Source: Candidatus Cloacimonadota bacterium
GTDB lineage: Bacteria > Cloacimonadota > Cloacimonadia > G963667145
NCBI GenBank assembly: GCA_963676615.1
Contig: OY781092.1
Location: 896,001 to 960,000, forward strand
Direction: 5' to 3'
Length of the DNA: 64,000 bases
The translations under genes were made by a program, and so were the position numbers. Below, one piece after another: positions 10,918 through 21,365 of this stretch. Each line of letters starts with the position of its first letter. The stretch's first letter is position 1. The notes under the pieces were generated by a model. That model was not told the origin of the DNA. It saw only the letters and a list, made by a program, of their open reading frames with translations, and ran no database searches.

Positions 10918-11964
10918 CTATACCTGCACAAACTCCGCCATAATCGCATCCGCCACAAAATACGCATCTTCCCGCAAAGCTACCCTCTTTTTATCGACAA
11001 TCAAAAAATCTGCTAGCTTCGCCAAAATCCGCTCATACTCCCGCAAAAAATCTTTGCCAAATTTCTCACGATACTCTGATAAGAGCAAACCTCTAGTCAG
11101 CCGAAGATGCAAAAAAATAAACTCCGACTCAAGCTGCTTTTGGTCTAGCTCCTCGAACTCTCCGTGTCCGTCGGTGCGAAAAAACGCTCCACCGCTTTTG
11201 TAATAGCTACATCCGCCATCGCCAACTGCCAAATACTGCTTGCCCTGCCAATAGGCGAGGTTGTGCTGCGACTGGCAATGCGGCAAACAAAAATTGGACA
11301 ACTCATACTGCAAATAGCCCGCTCGAGGCAACTTCTGCCCGATTTCACGATAAAAACTTGCCAAAACTTCGTCCTCTGGCAAATTTTTCTTCTCCGCAAA
11401 AAGCGGCACGCCCTGCTCCAGCGACAGCAAATAAGTGGAAATGTGCTCTGGTTTCAGCGCCAAAAGCTCGTCGATTGACGCCCGCAAATCCGACAAAGTT
11501 TGTCGCGGCAACCCGTAAATCAAATCGCAAGAGATGTTGGCAAATCCCGCTTTTCGCAAACAATCAAACGCCAAAATATTTTGGTGACTGCTGGCTCTGC
11601 GCCCCAAAAATTTTAGCTCCTTATCCAAAAAAGATTGCGTGCCCAAACTCACTCGATTAAAGCCCAAACGCTTTAGATAGCGGGCATATTCGGCGGTTAT
11701 GTCGGCTGGATTGCACTCGATAGTCAGCTCCTGCACCGATTCCAAATCGACAAGCGCCAGAAGTTTTTGCAACCGCTCTGGACTAAGCAAAGACGGCGTT
11801 CCTCCGCCGAAGTAAACGGTTTTCGGCTTAAACTCGGGGAATTTCCCCAAAACATTTTTTGCTTTTTGATAATATAGGTTGAAATCGAAATTTACCTGCG
11901 AGAAAAAGCTGCAATAGCCGCATTTTTGCCTGCACCAAGGGATGTGAAAATACAGGTGTTCCAT
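10918..11964 (-). CDS. hemW: Radical SAM heme chaperone HemW-like
   Basis: LYFHIPWC..KCGYCSF, YFGGGTPS, YELSNF, HNLAYW. Confidence 0.9.
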   Translation of the reverse strand: MEHLYFHIPWCRQKCGYCSFFSQVNFDFNLYYQKAKNVLGKFPEFKPKTVYFGGGTPSLLSPERLQKLLALVDLESVQELTIECNPADITAEYARYLKRLGFNRVSLGTQSFLDKELKFLGRRASSHQNILAFDCLRKAGFANISCDLIYGLPRQTLSDLRASIDELLALKPEHISTYLLSLEQGVPLFAEKKNLPEDEVLASFYREIGQKLPRAGYLQYELSNFCLPHCQSQHNLAYWQGKQYLAVGDGGCSYYKSGGAFFRTDGHGEFEELDQKQLESEFIFLHLRLTRGLLLSEYREKFGKDFLREYERILAKLADFLIVDKKRVALREDAYFVADAIMAEFVQV

Positions 11965-11974
11965 TTTTTTTTCG

Positions 11975-12352
11975 CTAGACCAATTTTAGCCCGAGGAAAA
12001 TTCCCAGCCAAACAAACAAAGCGCCCAAAACCAGATGTAGCAGCAGATATTGCCCGCAAAGCAGCCAATCGCCTTTTTCCAACAGCGAAAAAGCCTCGAA
12101 CATAAAGCTGGAATAAGTGGAAAATCCGCCCAAAAATCCGACAAAAACAAAGCGCCGCAAATTGGCGGAAAACCAGCTATAATGCTCGGAAATCGGGAAA
12201 AGCAAACCGAAAAGAAAACACGCCAAAAGGTTTATCAGCAAAGTGGAATACGGAATTTTTAGCTGTCCAAAAATTCCTGCCAAAAGCTCGCCGTTCAAAT
12301 ACCGAAAGCAAGCGCCCAAAAATCCACCCAAACCGATGTAAACAAGGCTCAT
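11975..12352 (-). CDS. crcB: Fluoride efflux channel
   Basis: GGFLGACFRY, TLLINL, GFLGGFSTYSSF. Confidence 0.93.
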   Translation of the reverse strand: MSLVYIGLGGFLGACFRYLNGELLAGIFGQLKIPYSTLLINLLACFLFGLLFPISEHYSWFSANLRRFVFVGFLGGFSTYSSFMFEAFSLLEKGDWLLCGQYLLLHLVLGALFVWLGIFLGLKLV

Positions 12353-13345
12353 CTAGCTGGCAAATCCCATCGCTTTTCGCAAAATGTCCAAATTTCGCTG
12401 TGCCAGAGGTCGGACTCTTTCTGCGCCGTCTGCCAAAACCTTGTCCAAATAGGCTTTGTCGCCGATAATCTCGTCGTAAATTTTGCGCTTGTCCGCAACT
12501 TCCCGCTCGATTACTTCAAACAAAATCTGCTTAGCCTCGCCCCAACCCATTCCGCCTGCTCGATACTTTTGCGCCAAATCCGCCTGCTGCTCGGGCGTGC
12601 TAAAATGCTCATAAAGTGCAAAAACGCTGCAATTTTCGGGATCTTTCGGCTCGTCCACCGTTTGTGAATTGGTCTTAATCTTCATCACCAACTTCCGCAA
12701 CTTTTTACTCGGCGAAAAAAGCGGAATCGTGTTTCCATAAGATTTGCTCATCTTGCGACCATCCAAACCAAGCACCTGCATCTGCTTGCTAAACTTCGCT
12801 TTTGGAATCGTAAGTAGCTCATTTCCATAGGTGTTATTAATCACACGCGCCACCTCGGCACACATCTCCACATGCTGCTTTTGGTCTTTGCCGACTGGCA
12901 CAATATGCGGATGAAACAATAAAATATCCGCCGCCATCAAAACTGGATAGGTGAACAAACCGACATTAACATCGTCGTCCGCTGGGCGTCCAGCCTCCAA
13001 ATTTTTGGCAACCTTATCTTTATAGGAATGCGCCCGATTTAGCAGCCCCTTCGGCATAAACGCCGCCAAAATCGTCGCTAGCTCAAAAATCTGCGGAACA
13101 TCCGACTGGCGATAAAAGTGCGTCTTTTCGGGATTTAACCCGCAAGCCAACCAAGTCGCCGCAATCTGATACATACTCTCCAGCCGCTGGCCAGCATCTT
13201 TTATCGAATTTAGCGAATGATAATCCGCCATAAAATAGAACGACTCAAACTCGCTGGCGTGCTCCAGAGCAGGCCTAATCGCCCCCAAATAGTTCCCCAA
13301 ATGCGGCACTCCCGTCGTCTGAATGCCTGTCAACGACCTCTTCAT
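12353..13345 (-). CDS. trpS: Tryptophanyl-tRNA synthetase
   Basis: HLGNYLG, YPVLMAADIL, VPVGKDQKQH, KMSKS. Confidence 0.97.
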   Translation of the reverse strand: MKRSLTGIQTTGVPHLGNYLGAIRPALEHASEFESFYFMADYHSLNSIKDAGQRLESMYQIAATWLACGLNPEKTHFYRQSDVPQIFELATILAAFMPKGLLNRAHSYKDKVAKNLEAGRPADDDVNVGLFTYPVLMAADILLFHPHIVPVGKDQKQHVEMCAEVARVINNTYGNELLTIPKAKFSKQMQVLGLDGRKMSKSYGNTIPLFSPSKKLRKLVMKIKTNSQTVDEPKDPENCSVFALYEHFSTPEQQADLAQKYRAGGMGWGEAKQILFEVIEREVADKRKIYDEIIGDKAYLDKVLADGAERVRPLAQRNLDILRKAMGFAS

Positions 13346-13380
13346 AAAAAATCCTTCCTCTTTTGTAAATCCAACTTCCG

Positions 13381-14628
13381 CTAAAATTTGCCGAGCACAT
13401 TTTGCAAAAAATCGTCCCGCAACTTGAGCGCACTCGCATAAGGAGCGTTCGCCACAAACGCAAACAAATAAAGCTTGTTGCCTTTTCCCAGATAAAGCCC
13501 CGAAAGCGCGCTCACATCTGCAAGCGAGCCGCTTTTCCCTTTGACCCTGAGCGGAATTTCCACACTCTGCAAAGTTCCCTCTTTTCCCATTTCTGGCAGC
13601 CCCGCAAAAAAATCCAACCGCAAAAACGGCTTATCCCAAGCGTATTTCAACAATTTCAAAATCGTTTGCGCTGACAAGTAATTTTTGCCCAGACCGCTAC
13701 AACTGGCAAGATTTGCCGCTTCGCCCAAACTATCCACAACAAAATCTTCCAAAACTTGCGCACCCATCGACGAATCGCCGTATCTTTTTTGCGCCAAATA
13801 GCACCCCAAAGACTCCGCAATAAAATTCGAGGAGTAAACATTCATCAGCCGCAAAATCTCGTCCAGCGGCTTAGACTTGTGGATGTAAACACCGTCGTAA
13901 TCGAAAAAATCGTCTGGCAACTTTTGCCGAACAAGCGCCGTGTTGGACGGCAAATCCAGATAATAACACAGCGCATAAAAAAAATGGCTGGTCGGATCAA
14001 ACACCCGTTTGTATAGCGTTTTCTGGGGCGTCGCTCGATTTGATCCCGTCTGAATCAGCAGCTTGTCGTGCCAACTGCGAGTGACGATTTTATCCCCCAA
14101 GCCGTCTTCGTGCCGCACAACGAAATAATCTCCAGGAGTTTTCACAAAAATTTTGCCATCCAAAACATCGAGCTGATAGGTGTTGTAATTCAGCGCCAGC
14201 GCACTCACGGGCGCATTGTAGGCTCGGTCGTTTTTGGCTTTGAGCGCCCGAATTTCCGTTGCAGAAGAGAACAGATCATCGTCAATAACCACCGCTTTCG
14301 CAGCCTTTACACCAGCTTTTTTCAGTTCCAAACCGACAAGATAAAGCTCCTCCATCACCAAAGCTGGATCGCCGCCAGCTTGCACAAAAAGCGTGTCGTG
14401 ATGCCAGCGGAATTTGGTCGAAAACCGAAAACCTGCGCCAAGCTCCTGCAACGCAACCACCGCAGTAAAAAGCTTCAGGTTCGAGGCGATATTCAGCCTC
14501 AGCTCTTGTCCACTTTGGGCAACAACTTTTTCTTCCGCCAAATCGTAAACAATGTAACCCTCTTCGGCAAAAATCGCCTGACAAAACAACAAAAACGCCA
14601 AAAAAATCAGCGCCTTGCCGCCTCTCAC
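13381..14628 (-). CDS. dacB: D-Ala-D-Ala carboxypeptidase/endopeptidase (peptidase S13, PBP4)
   Basis: ASNLK (SxxK), SSN (SxN), KSG motifs; signal peptide. Confidence 0.85.
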   Translation of the reverse strand: MRGGKALIFLAFLLFCQAIFAEEGYIVYDLAEEKVVAQSGQELRLNIASNLKLFTAVVALQELGAGFRFSTKFRWHHDTLFVQAGGDPALVMEELYLVGLELKKAGVKAAKAVVIDDDLFSSATEIRALKAKNDRAYNAPVSALALNYNTYQLDVLDGKIFVKTPGDYFVVRHEDGLGDKIVTRSWHDKLLIQTGSNRATPQKTLYKRVFDPTSHFFYALCYYLDLPSNTALVRQKLPDDFFDYDGVYIHKSKPLDEILRLMNVYSSNFIAESLGCYLAQKRYGDSSMGAQVLEDFVVDSLGEAANLASCSGLGKNYLSAQTILKLLKYAWDKPFLRLDFFAGLPEMGKEGTLQSVEIPLRVKGKSGSLADVSALSGLYLGKGNKLYLFAFVANAPYASALKLRDDFLQNVLGKF

Positions 14629-15626
14629 AAAAGACCTCGCACAGCCTCAAAATCGACTTTATAATCGATACGCAAACTCACCAAACGCTCACGCACCGCT
14701 GCATTCTCGCGCAATTTCACCAAATCTTTGTCCGTCACCAGCAAAAAATCGGCTGACGACAACTTTTCCAGCGGCAAATCCGAAAAATCGCAGTGATCGC
14801 TAAAAGCAAACTTTTCGGCGAGCACCACACCCGCTTTTTCGAGAGACTTTTCAAAAGCAAGAGGGTCTGCAATCGCCGACACAGCGTAACATTTTCCGCT
14901 CGTGAGTTTTTGCAGGCTCACTTTTTTGCCATCTGCGTCAAAAAAACCGACAGCCGCAATTTCGCCCTGCAACAGCTGTTTCCCGCATTTTTTCGCCAAA
15001 GTTTCCACCTGCAAATTTTCGCCGTCTACCACAACGCAATCGGCAGCCGCCAAAGCTCGCTTCCCTTCCCGCAAATATCCCGCAGGCAAGCACCAGCCGT
15101 TGCCAAGACCAACTTTGGCTTTGAACAAAACGAAATCGAAATCGTGAGCGACCGCAAAATTTTGGAAAGAATCTTCCAAAATAATCACATCCAAATCGGG
15201 AAATTTCTGCTGCAAACAGCGCACCGCCAAAAGCCGATTTTTGCCCACAACAACTGGCACTCCTGGCAACTTTTCCGCCAAAAGCTGCGGCTCGTCGCCC
15301 GCTTTTTTGGCTATCGAAAAAATCCGCTGCCGATCACTAATCAGGCTCACACCGCTCTCCAGCTGGCTTTTATAACCTCGCACAGAGATCGCCACTTTCA
15401 TCCCTTTGCTCAAAAAAAATCTCGCCAAGCTGACATCAAACGGCGTCTTTCCAGAGCCTCCACAAACGATATTCCCCACGCCAACTATCTTCACACCCCC
15501 GATTTTTTTCGGACTAGCTTTTGCCCGCTTTATCGCCGTTATAGCCTGATAGAGCAGCGAAAATCCAAACAAACCTCGCGAAAGCCACGATTTTTTTTTC
15601 AGGTGTTTTTCGGCGAAATCGCTCAT
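14625..15626 (-). CDS. lpxK: Tetraacyldisaccharide 4'-kinase
   Basis: VGNIVCGGSGKTP, RGYK, GDEP, LPAGYLRE. Confidence 0.93.
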   Translation of the reverse strand: MSDFAEKHLKKKSWLSRGLFGFSLLYQAITAIKRAKASPKKIGGVKIVGVGNIVCGGSGKTPFDVSLARFFLSKGMKVAISVRGYKSQLESGVSLISDRQRIFSIAKKAGDEPQLLAEKLPGVPVVVGKNRLLAVRCLQQKFPDLDVIILEDSFQNFAVAHDFDFVLFKAKVGLGNGWCLPAGYLREGKRALAAADCVVVDGENLQVETLAKKCGKQLLQGEIAAVGFFDADGKKVSLQKLTSGKCYAVSAIADPLAFEKSLEKAGVVLAEKFAFSDHCDFSDLPLEKLSSADFLLVTDKDLVKLRENAAVRERLVSLRIDYKVDFEAVRGLL

Positions 15627-16615
15627 TCGCTCACCAGAGAATAATGTTCAAAATTTTGCCTAAAAAAATCGATTGTAAAGGCGATGTCGGCAGGCAGTTC
15701 CGCCTCAAAACGCAGATTTTTTTTGCTGATCGGATGCTCAAAACTCAAAACGCTGGAGTGTAGCGCAGTTCGCAAAAGGTGGTTTTTTAGCAAAGATTTC
15801 ATCTTTTTGGCGAAACTCGGCGGAACTCGCACCACAGCGTCTTTATTGCTGCCATAAACTTTGTCCGCCAAAATCGGATGCCCCAAATGCGCCAGATGCA
15901 CACGAATTTGGTGCGTTCTGCCCGTGAGAATTTTTATGCGAACCAGCGAAAAAAAGTCGTAACTTTCCAAACTCTCATACTCCGAAATCGCCAGCTTGCC
16001 CACTGGATAGACGCCCATTTTGCGAAAATCTTTTTTGCTGCGAGCCACAAAATTTTCCACTCGTCCCGCCAATGGCTCGAGATTGCCGAGCACCAAAGCC
16101 AAATAACTTTTGCCGATTTCTCGTCTGGCGAACTTTTCCGCAAGAGCTATAGCCGCCGCATCGTTTTTGGCGATAAGCATCAAACCCGAAGTCTCCTGAT
16201 CCAACCGATGAACGATGCCCGGACGCACCGTGTCCAAATTTGCCAAATTTTCGCCAAATCTCGCCAGCAGACCGCTGACCAAAGTTCCCGAAAATTGCCC
16301 GTTGCCGGGATGCACACAAACGCCAGCGGGCTTGTTGATCACCGCCAGATGCTCGTCCTCATAAACAACTGCAAAATCAACATCTTCCGCCTGCAATTTT
16401 TGCTCCAACGGTTCCTGCTCGGGCGCTGTCACCTGCAGCAAATCTCCCGCTTGCAACCTAAAACTTTTTTTGCTCTCGACCTTGCCATTTACCTGCACCA
16501 AACCATCGGCAATAATCTTGCCCGCTTTGCTGCGAGAGCTGAACTCTTCTTGCAAAAACTTATCTAGCCGCTGCTCCGCATCGCCAACAAATCGCAAAAT
16601 TTTTCGTTCATTCAC
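15623..16615 (-). CDS. rluD: RluA/RluD-family 23S rRNA pseudouridine synthase
   Basis: N-terminal S4 domain, GIVHRLDQETSG, TGRTHQIRVH. Confidence 0.9.
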   Translation of the reverse strand: MNERKILRFVGDAEQRLDKFLQEEFSSRSKAGKIIADGLVQVNGKVESKKSFRLQAGDLLQVTAPEQEPLEQKLQAEDVDFAVVYEDEHLAVINKPAGVCVHPGNGQFSGTLVSGLLARFGENLANLDTVRPGIVHRLDQETSGLMLIAKNDAAAIALAEKFARREIGKSYLALVLGNLEPLAGRVENFVARSKKDFRKMGVYPVGKLAISEYESLESYDFFSLVRIKILTGRTHQIRVHLAHLGHPILADKVYGSNKDAVVRVPPSFAKKMKSLLKNHLLRTALHSSVLSFEHPISKKNLRFEAELPADIAFTIDFFRQNFEHYSLVSE

Positions 16616-17355
16616 TCTTTTTTGTCTTTTCGTTTTGTGTTGCCCTTGATGCTCACAGCGATAACAAACCCAAGCGGCTCAAGGTTCGCCCCCCGCACAA
16701 CCGCACTCTTCAGCCCAAAATGCAGCTCCAACTTTTTCATATTATAAAAAATCGGCTCCTGCGCATCTTTTGCCTCCAACACCGCCGCAGCATAATCTTT
16801 CAGCTTTTGCGAACTCGCCCCCAGCGTCGCGTTGAGCAAATTCGCACCCTCTTCGACATCGGGAAAATAGTCCCGCAGCAAATTCGACACACTCACCACT
16901 TCGCCCTGCAAATCGACAATCAGATAGCCGTCGCTCGACACAGAATAAAGCGCCTCCAGCCGTGAACGCTGCTCCAAAATCTTCATCTTCTTCAGCTCGT
17001 CGAACTCCTTTAGCTCGTCATACATAATCCGCACTTCGTCGTAAAGATGCAGCACCTCTTTTTCCGCATTCGGCACCTTTATCGCAGAGTTAAATTTGCC
17101 CACACCAATGTCCTTCACCACGCGGATTACCCCGCTGAGCATCTTCGTCAAAAACCTTGGAATAAACAAAAACAAAATCGCGCCGATAGCAAACTGCACC
17201 ACCACCAAAATCATCAAATTGTTCAAAAAAGTGTTTTTAATATAATTTTCCGCAATCGAATAATTGTCCGTAAATCTAACCGTATAAATAAGTTGCGCAA
17301 CCGAAAGCAAAATCAAAACCAGCATAAAAAATCGCAATACAAACTTCAATCTCAT
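16612..17355 (-). CDS. Membrane protein with two TM helices and HAMP/PAS-like region, no kinase domain
   Basis: Two hydrophobic segments, HAMP-like stretch, SDGYLIVDLQGEV..N PAS-like start. Confidence 0.55.
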   Translation of the reverse strand: MRLKFVLRFFMLVLILLSVAQLIYTVRFTDNYSIAENYIKNTFLNNLMILVVVQFAIGAILFLFIPRFLTKMLSGVIRVVKDIGVGKFNSAIKVPNAEKEVLHLYDEVRIMYDELKEFDELKKMKILEQRSRLEALYSVSSDGYLIVDLQGEVVSVSNLLRDYFPDVEEGANLLNATLGASSQKLKDYAAAVLEAKDAQEPIFYNMKKLELHFGLKSAVVRGANLEPLGFVIAVSIKGNTKRKDKKE

Positions 17356-17360
17356 AACTA

Positions 17361-18065
17361 TCAGCTCCTTTTAAACTTATCGATAAATAAGTTCACATTC
17401 TCTTGCAAACCGATCAGCAAAAAAGAGTCGCCGCTGGAGAGCAAATCGTTGGCTTTTGGGCGGTCGTTCATCACAAACTGCACCTGATTTTCGCCGTTTT
17501 CGTCCACAACTTTTTTCCGTCGCTTGATGGCAATCACATTCAGCCCATACTTCACCAAAATTTCCGCCTCCGAGAGCGACTTGCCCCAAAACTGTTCGGG
17601 AATCTCGATCTCCACCAGCGAGTGCGTTTTGGAAATCTCCGTATAAGCCAAAATGTTGTTGTGCAAAATCGTCCGCGCCAGCTCAATGCCCACTTTTTTC
17701 TCGGGAAAAATCGCATTAAAAACACCCATTCGCTCCAAAATATCTTTGTGGATTTGGTCTTTCACCTTGCTGTAAATCACCGGGATTTTCATCTTTTTCA
17801 GGAGCATATTTATCGTGATATTTATCTCAATATTGCTGCAAGTAGCAACAATCACCGCATCCATCTCGTGCAAATTCAGCTGGTTAAGCACAGCCTCGTC
17901 CGTCGCATCGGCGTTAATGGCAGAGCTCACTAGCCCCTGTGCCTGCATTTTGTCGGTCATTTTTTTGTTAATATCCACCGCCCAAACCTCGACGCCCGCC
18001 TCATACAGCTCCGTAGCCACCGTGCTGCCAAATTTGCCCAAACCCAGCACCGCATATTTACTCAT
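17361..18065 (-). CDS. ktrA: Ktr/Trk K+ uptake NAD-binding (RCK) subunit
   Basis: YAVLGLGKFG Rossmann motif, IFPE, TrkA-C domain. Confidence 0.88.
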   Translation of the reverse strand: MSKYAVLGLGKFGSTVATELYEAGVEVWAVDINKKMTDKMQAQGLVSSAINADATDEAVLNQLNLHEMDAVIVATCSNIEINITINMLLKKMKIPVIYSKVKDQIHKDILERMGVFNAIFPEKKVGIELARTILHNNILAYTEISKTHSLVEIEIPEQFWGKSLSEAEILVKYGLNVIAIKRRKKVVDENGENQVQFVMNDRPKANDLLSSGDSFLLIGLQENVNLFIDKFKRS

Positions 18066-18104
18066 AACCTATCTCCTTTCCGTAATTCACTCATATGCAA
18101 AAAG

Positions 18105-19841
18105 TTAGCCAATATTTATATTTTCCACTGGATAAACGAACACATTTTTTTCGCTCGTATCCGACAGCGCAAAAATTATCGTCAGCGGCCCGATTCTGCC
18201 AAAAAACATCAAAAACATTACCACCAATTTACCAGCCCACGAGAGGCTGGAGGTGATGCCCATACTCAGCCCAACTGTGCCAAAAGCCGACACCGCTTCA
18301 AAAATAATCGGCTTGAGTCCAAAAGGCTCCAGAGCGAACAAAAAGAAAATCGCCACCAAAATCGTCAGCATCGCTATCGCCAAAAGGGCAATCACCTGAT
18401 TTAGCTTGCTCAGCGGGATGCTCCGTTTGAACACCGTTATGCGCTTGTTGCCTTTCAAAAGCGAAAAAACAGCCACCACGACAATCGCCAAAGTCGTTGT
18501 TTTGATGCCGCCTCCAGTGGAGCTGGGACTCGCACCAATCAGCATAAAAAGCAGCGTCCACAAAAACGACGAATCGGACAAACTCGCCTGGTCAATCGTA
18601 TTGAAGCCGCAAGTTCTGGTCGTGACCGACTGAAAAAACGAGTGCCCCATCCGCTGCAAATTGTCCATATTGCTCATCGAGCTGTTCACCTCGGAAAAGT
18701 AGTAAAAAATCGAGCCCAAAATCAGCAAAAAAATCGTCGTGTTTACCGCAATTTTGGTGTGTAGCGACAGGCGCCCAAACCGCAAATTTCTCTTTTTGAC
18801 CAAGTTCCAGATGTCTATCAAACTAGGAAATCCAAGGCCTCCCAAAATTATCAAAGCAGGCACCACCACCACCAAATACCAGCTGAGATTTAGCCGCTCA
18901 AAACTGCTCGAATAAAGCGAAAATCCAGCGTTGCAAAAAGAAGAAATCGAGTGAAAAACCGCAAAATAACCAGCTTTTAGGTGCGAATAATCAAGCCCTC
19001 TGAAGTTAAAATAGAGCAGCACCGCTCCCAAAAATTCGATGGTGAAAGTCAAAATAATCACATTCCGCACCAGCGAACCGATGCTGTAGCCGCTCAAAAT
19101 TCCGCTAACCGTCTCGACCATCGATCTGCCCGCAGAGTTGATTTTTTCACCGATAATAAGCGCAAACAAAGTCGAAATCGTCATTATTCCCAGACCGCCG
19201 ATTTGGATTAGCGCCAAAATCACAAGTTGCCCAAATAGAGTAAAATAGGTGTATGTGTTTTTGACCACCAGCCCCGTCACGCAGACCGCAGAAGTGGAAG
19301 TAAAAAAAGCGTCAATCAGCGAGATTTTGCCCTTAACCACCGACATCGGCAGCTTTAGCAAAACCGCTCCCAAAAAAATCGCCAGCAAAAAACTGATAAT
19401 CACCAGATACGACGGGTTGTTGTAATACTTTTCCAAAATCGGATTGTCGTGCGGATTGGTGGAAAACGAGTAAAGAAAGCGCGCGATTTGGCGAAAAATT
19501 ATGAAAAGGAAAAAGAAATTGCTGCTAGAATAACTCCAGAAAAAGAAAAAGAGGATGCTCTCAGCAACGACCAGCACCTGCCGTGCGGGCGGAAACTGCT
19601 TGAAATTGAGATAAAAAAGCGCCACATTTAAACCGTAAACTCCCAGCACTATCAAGCCATAATGCTCCAAAAAAAAGCTGTTCGGAAGCTCGGAAACATT
19701 GACTCCCAAAAGCAAAAACCCAAGATTTACTAGGGCAAAAAAGTAGAGTGCCAGCCTTGATACAAAGACCAGCACCTCCGCTTTGCTATAAATTTTCTTT
19801 GATATTTCCAAAAACTTGCTCCGGCGATTGATCGGCATCAA
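18105..19841 (-). CDS. ktrB: Ktr/Trk K+ uptake membrane subunit with N-terminal TM extension (true start uncertain)
   Basis: STSAVCVTGL, QIGGLG, FCNAGF, RTCGF, SAFGTVGLS pore motifs. Confidence 0.9.
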   Translation of the reverse strand: MMPINRRSKFLEISKKIYSKAEVLVFVSRLALYFFALVNLGFLLLGVNVSELPNSFFLEHYGLIVLGVYGLNVALFYLNFKQFPPARQVLVVAESILFFFFWSYSSSNFFFLFIIFRQIARFLYSFSTNPHDNPILEKYYNNPSYLVIISFLLAIFLGAVLLKLPMSVVKGKISLIDAFFTSTSAVCVTGLVVKNTYTYFTLFGQLVILALIQIGGLGIMTISTLFALIIGEKINSAGRSMVETVSGILSGYSIGSLVRNVIILTFTIEFLGAVLLYFNFRGLDYSHLKAGYFAVFHSISSFCNAGFSLYSSSFERLNLSWYLVVVVPALIILGGLGFPSLIDIWNLVKKRNLRFGRLSLHTKIAVNTTIFLLILGSIFYYFSEVNSSMSNMDNLQRMGHSFFQSVTTRTCGFNTIDQASLSDSSFLWTLLFMLIGASPSSTGGGIKTTTLAIVVVAVFSLLKGNKRITVFKRSIPLSKLNQVIALLAIAMLTILVAIFFLFALEPFGLKPIIFEAVSAFGTVGLSMGITSSLSWAGKLVVMFLMFFGRIGPLTIIFALSDTSEKNVFVYPVENINIG

Positions 19842-20415
19842 CTTTTATCAAAATATTTTTTGATGCGAAAAAATCGAGCAACGGCTCGGTCTGCTTTTTG
19901 AAAGTCGCCACTCTTTTGGCAATCGCTTTGGGATTGTCGTCGTCCCTGCGCTGCAAGGGCTTGCCGCATTTATCGCAAACATCTGCCACTTTCGGCTGGT
20001 GAATCAGACTGTATTCGATGTTGCAACTCGGGCAATTTTGCCGCGCGGACATTCTGGCAATCGCCAAATCTTCTTTGAGGTCCATATAAATCACTTTGTC
20101 GATTTCGAACTCCTGCAAAAGAAACTCCGCCTGCGAAATATTGCGGGGGAAACCGTCCAAAATAAACCCTTTGCCTTGTTTGTCGATTTCTTGCTTCAAA
20201 AGTCGAATCACAAGCTCGTCTGGCACAAGCTCGCCCTCATCGAGATACCCCTTGAGCTCTTTGCCGATAGGCGTTTGCTCTTTGATATGCGCGCGAAAAA
20301 GGTCGCCCGTGCTAATGTGCGCCAAGTCAAAAGCCTCTTTTATTTTTTTGGATTGCGTGCCTTTGCCGCAACCTTGAATACCCATAATGCAAATCGCTAA
20401 CTTATTATTATACAT
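19786..20415 (-). CDS. adk: Adenylate kinase
   Basis: GCGKGTQ, HISTGDLFR, GFILDGFPR, Zn-type lid, QRRDD. Confidence 0.95.
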   Translation of the reverse strand: MYNNKLAICIMGIQGCGKGTQSKKIKEAFDLAHISTGDLFRAHIKEQTPIGKELKGYLDEGELVPDELVIRLLKQEIDKQGKGFILDGFPRNISQAEFLLQEFEIDKVIYMDLKEDLAIARMSARQNCPSCNIEYSLIHQPKVADVCDKCGKPLQRRDDDNPKAIAKRVATFKKQTEPLLDFFASKNILIKVDADQSPEQVFGNIKENL

Positions 20416-20426
20416 AGACTTACTCC

Positions 20427-21365
20427 TTAATCTTCGAAATTTATAAACTTATCAACGACCACGCCGTCAGATTTGCCGCCTTTGAGGTAAACCATCAATT
20501 CGCAAATCAAGCCAATCGAGATGAACTGCACGCCAATCACAGACAGCAAAACCCCCAACATCAAAAGCGGTCTGCCCGAGATGCCCTCAACCAAAAAATA
20601 TTTAATATAAACAAGGTAAAGGCAAATGCCGACTCCTGCCAGCGTCAACAAAAACCCGATGCCGCCAAAAAAGTAGATTGGGCTGCGCTTGTATTTGGTA
20701 ATCACCCGTATCGTCAAAAAGTCCAAAAATCCGCGCAAATAACGCTCAAAGCCATATTTCGATTTGCCGTGCTCCCGTTTGCGATGCTCAACGATCACCT
20801 CGCCACAACTGAAACCCAGCGACTTCGCCAGCACAGGAATATAGCGGTGCATCTCGCCGTAGATGTTCAGATTTTTGACGACCTTCTTCTTATAAGCCTT
20901 AAACCCGCAGTTGTAGTCGTGCAGACGCATTCCAAAAAAACGCGAAACCACGAAATTGAACAGCTTGGACGGCAAAGTTTTGCCCAGCGGATCGAACCGC
21001 TTTTTCTTCCAGCCGCTAGCCATATCGTAGCCTTCATCCAGCTTTTGCAAAAAATTTTTAATCTCCTTGGGATTGTCCTGCAAATCGGCGTCCATCGTAA
21101 TCACCACATCGCCTTTGGCAATATCAAACCCCTTTTGAATCGCAGCCGCTTTGCCAAAATTCCGCTGAAATTTAATCACCTGCACCTTTTTATCCTGCCC
21201 AGCCAGCTCACACATCCGCGCAAAACTGGCGTCTTTCGAGCCATCATCGATAAAAATGATGTTATAATCAAAGCCATCTGGAATATTTTGCCGAATTTCA
21301 TCGCACAAAATTCCCAGCGTCTCTTGCTCGTCCAGCACCGAAATAATAAACGAAATCAGTTTCAA
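20427..21365 (-). CDS. GT2 polyprenol-phosphate glycosyltransferase (DPM1/ArnC-like)
   Basis: IDDGSKD, NFGK, MDADLQD, two C-terminal TM helices. Confidence 0.9.
   Translation of the reverse strand: MKLISFIISVLDEQETLGILCDEIRQNIPDGFDYNIIFIDDGSKDASFARMCELAGQDKKVQVIKFQRNFGKAAAIQKGFDIAKGDVVITMDADLQDNPKEIKNFLQKLDEGYDMASGWKKKRFDPLGKTLPSKLFNFVVSRFFGMRLHDYNCGFKAYKKKVVKNLNIYGEMHRYIPVLAKSLGFSCGEVIVEHRKREHGKSKYGFERYLRGFLDFLTIRVITKYKRSPIYFFGGIGFLLTLAGVGICLYLVYIKYFLVEGISGRPLLMLGVLLSVIGVQFISIGLICELMVYLKGGKSDGVVVDKFINFED

Noticed and set aside
19775..19841. 56-nt overlap between adk and ktrB as a real feature
   Set aside because: More likely an over-extended start call; an in-frame GTG lies just after the adk stop. 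Cannot be resolved here.
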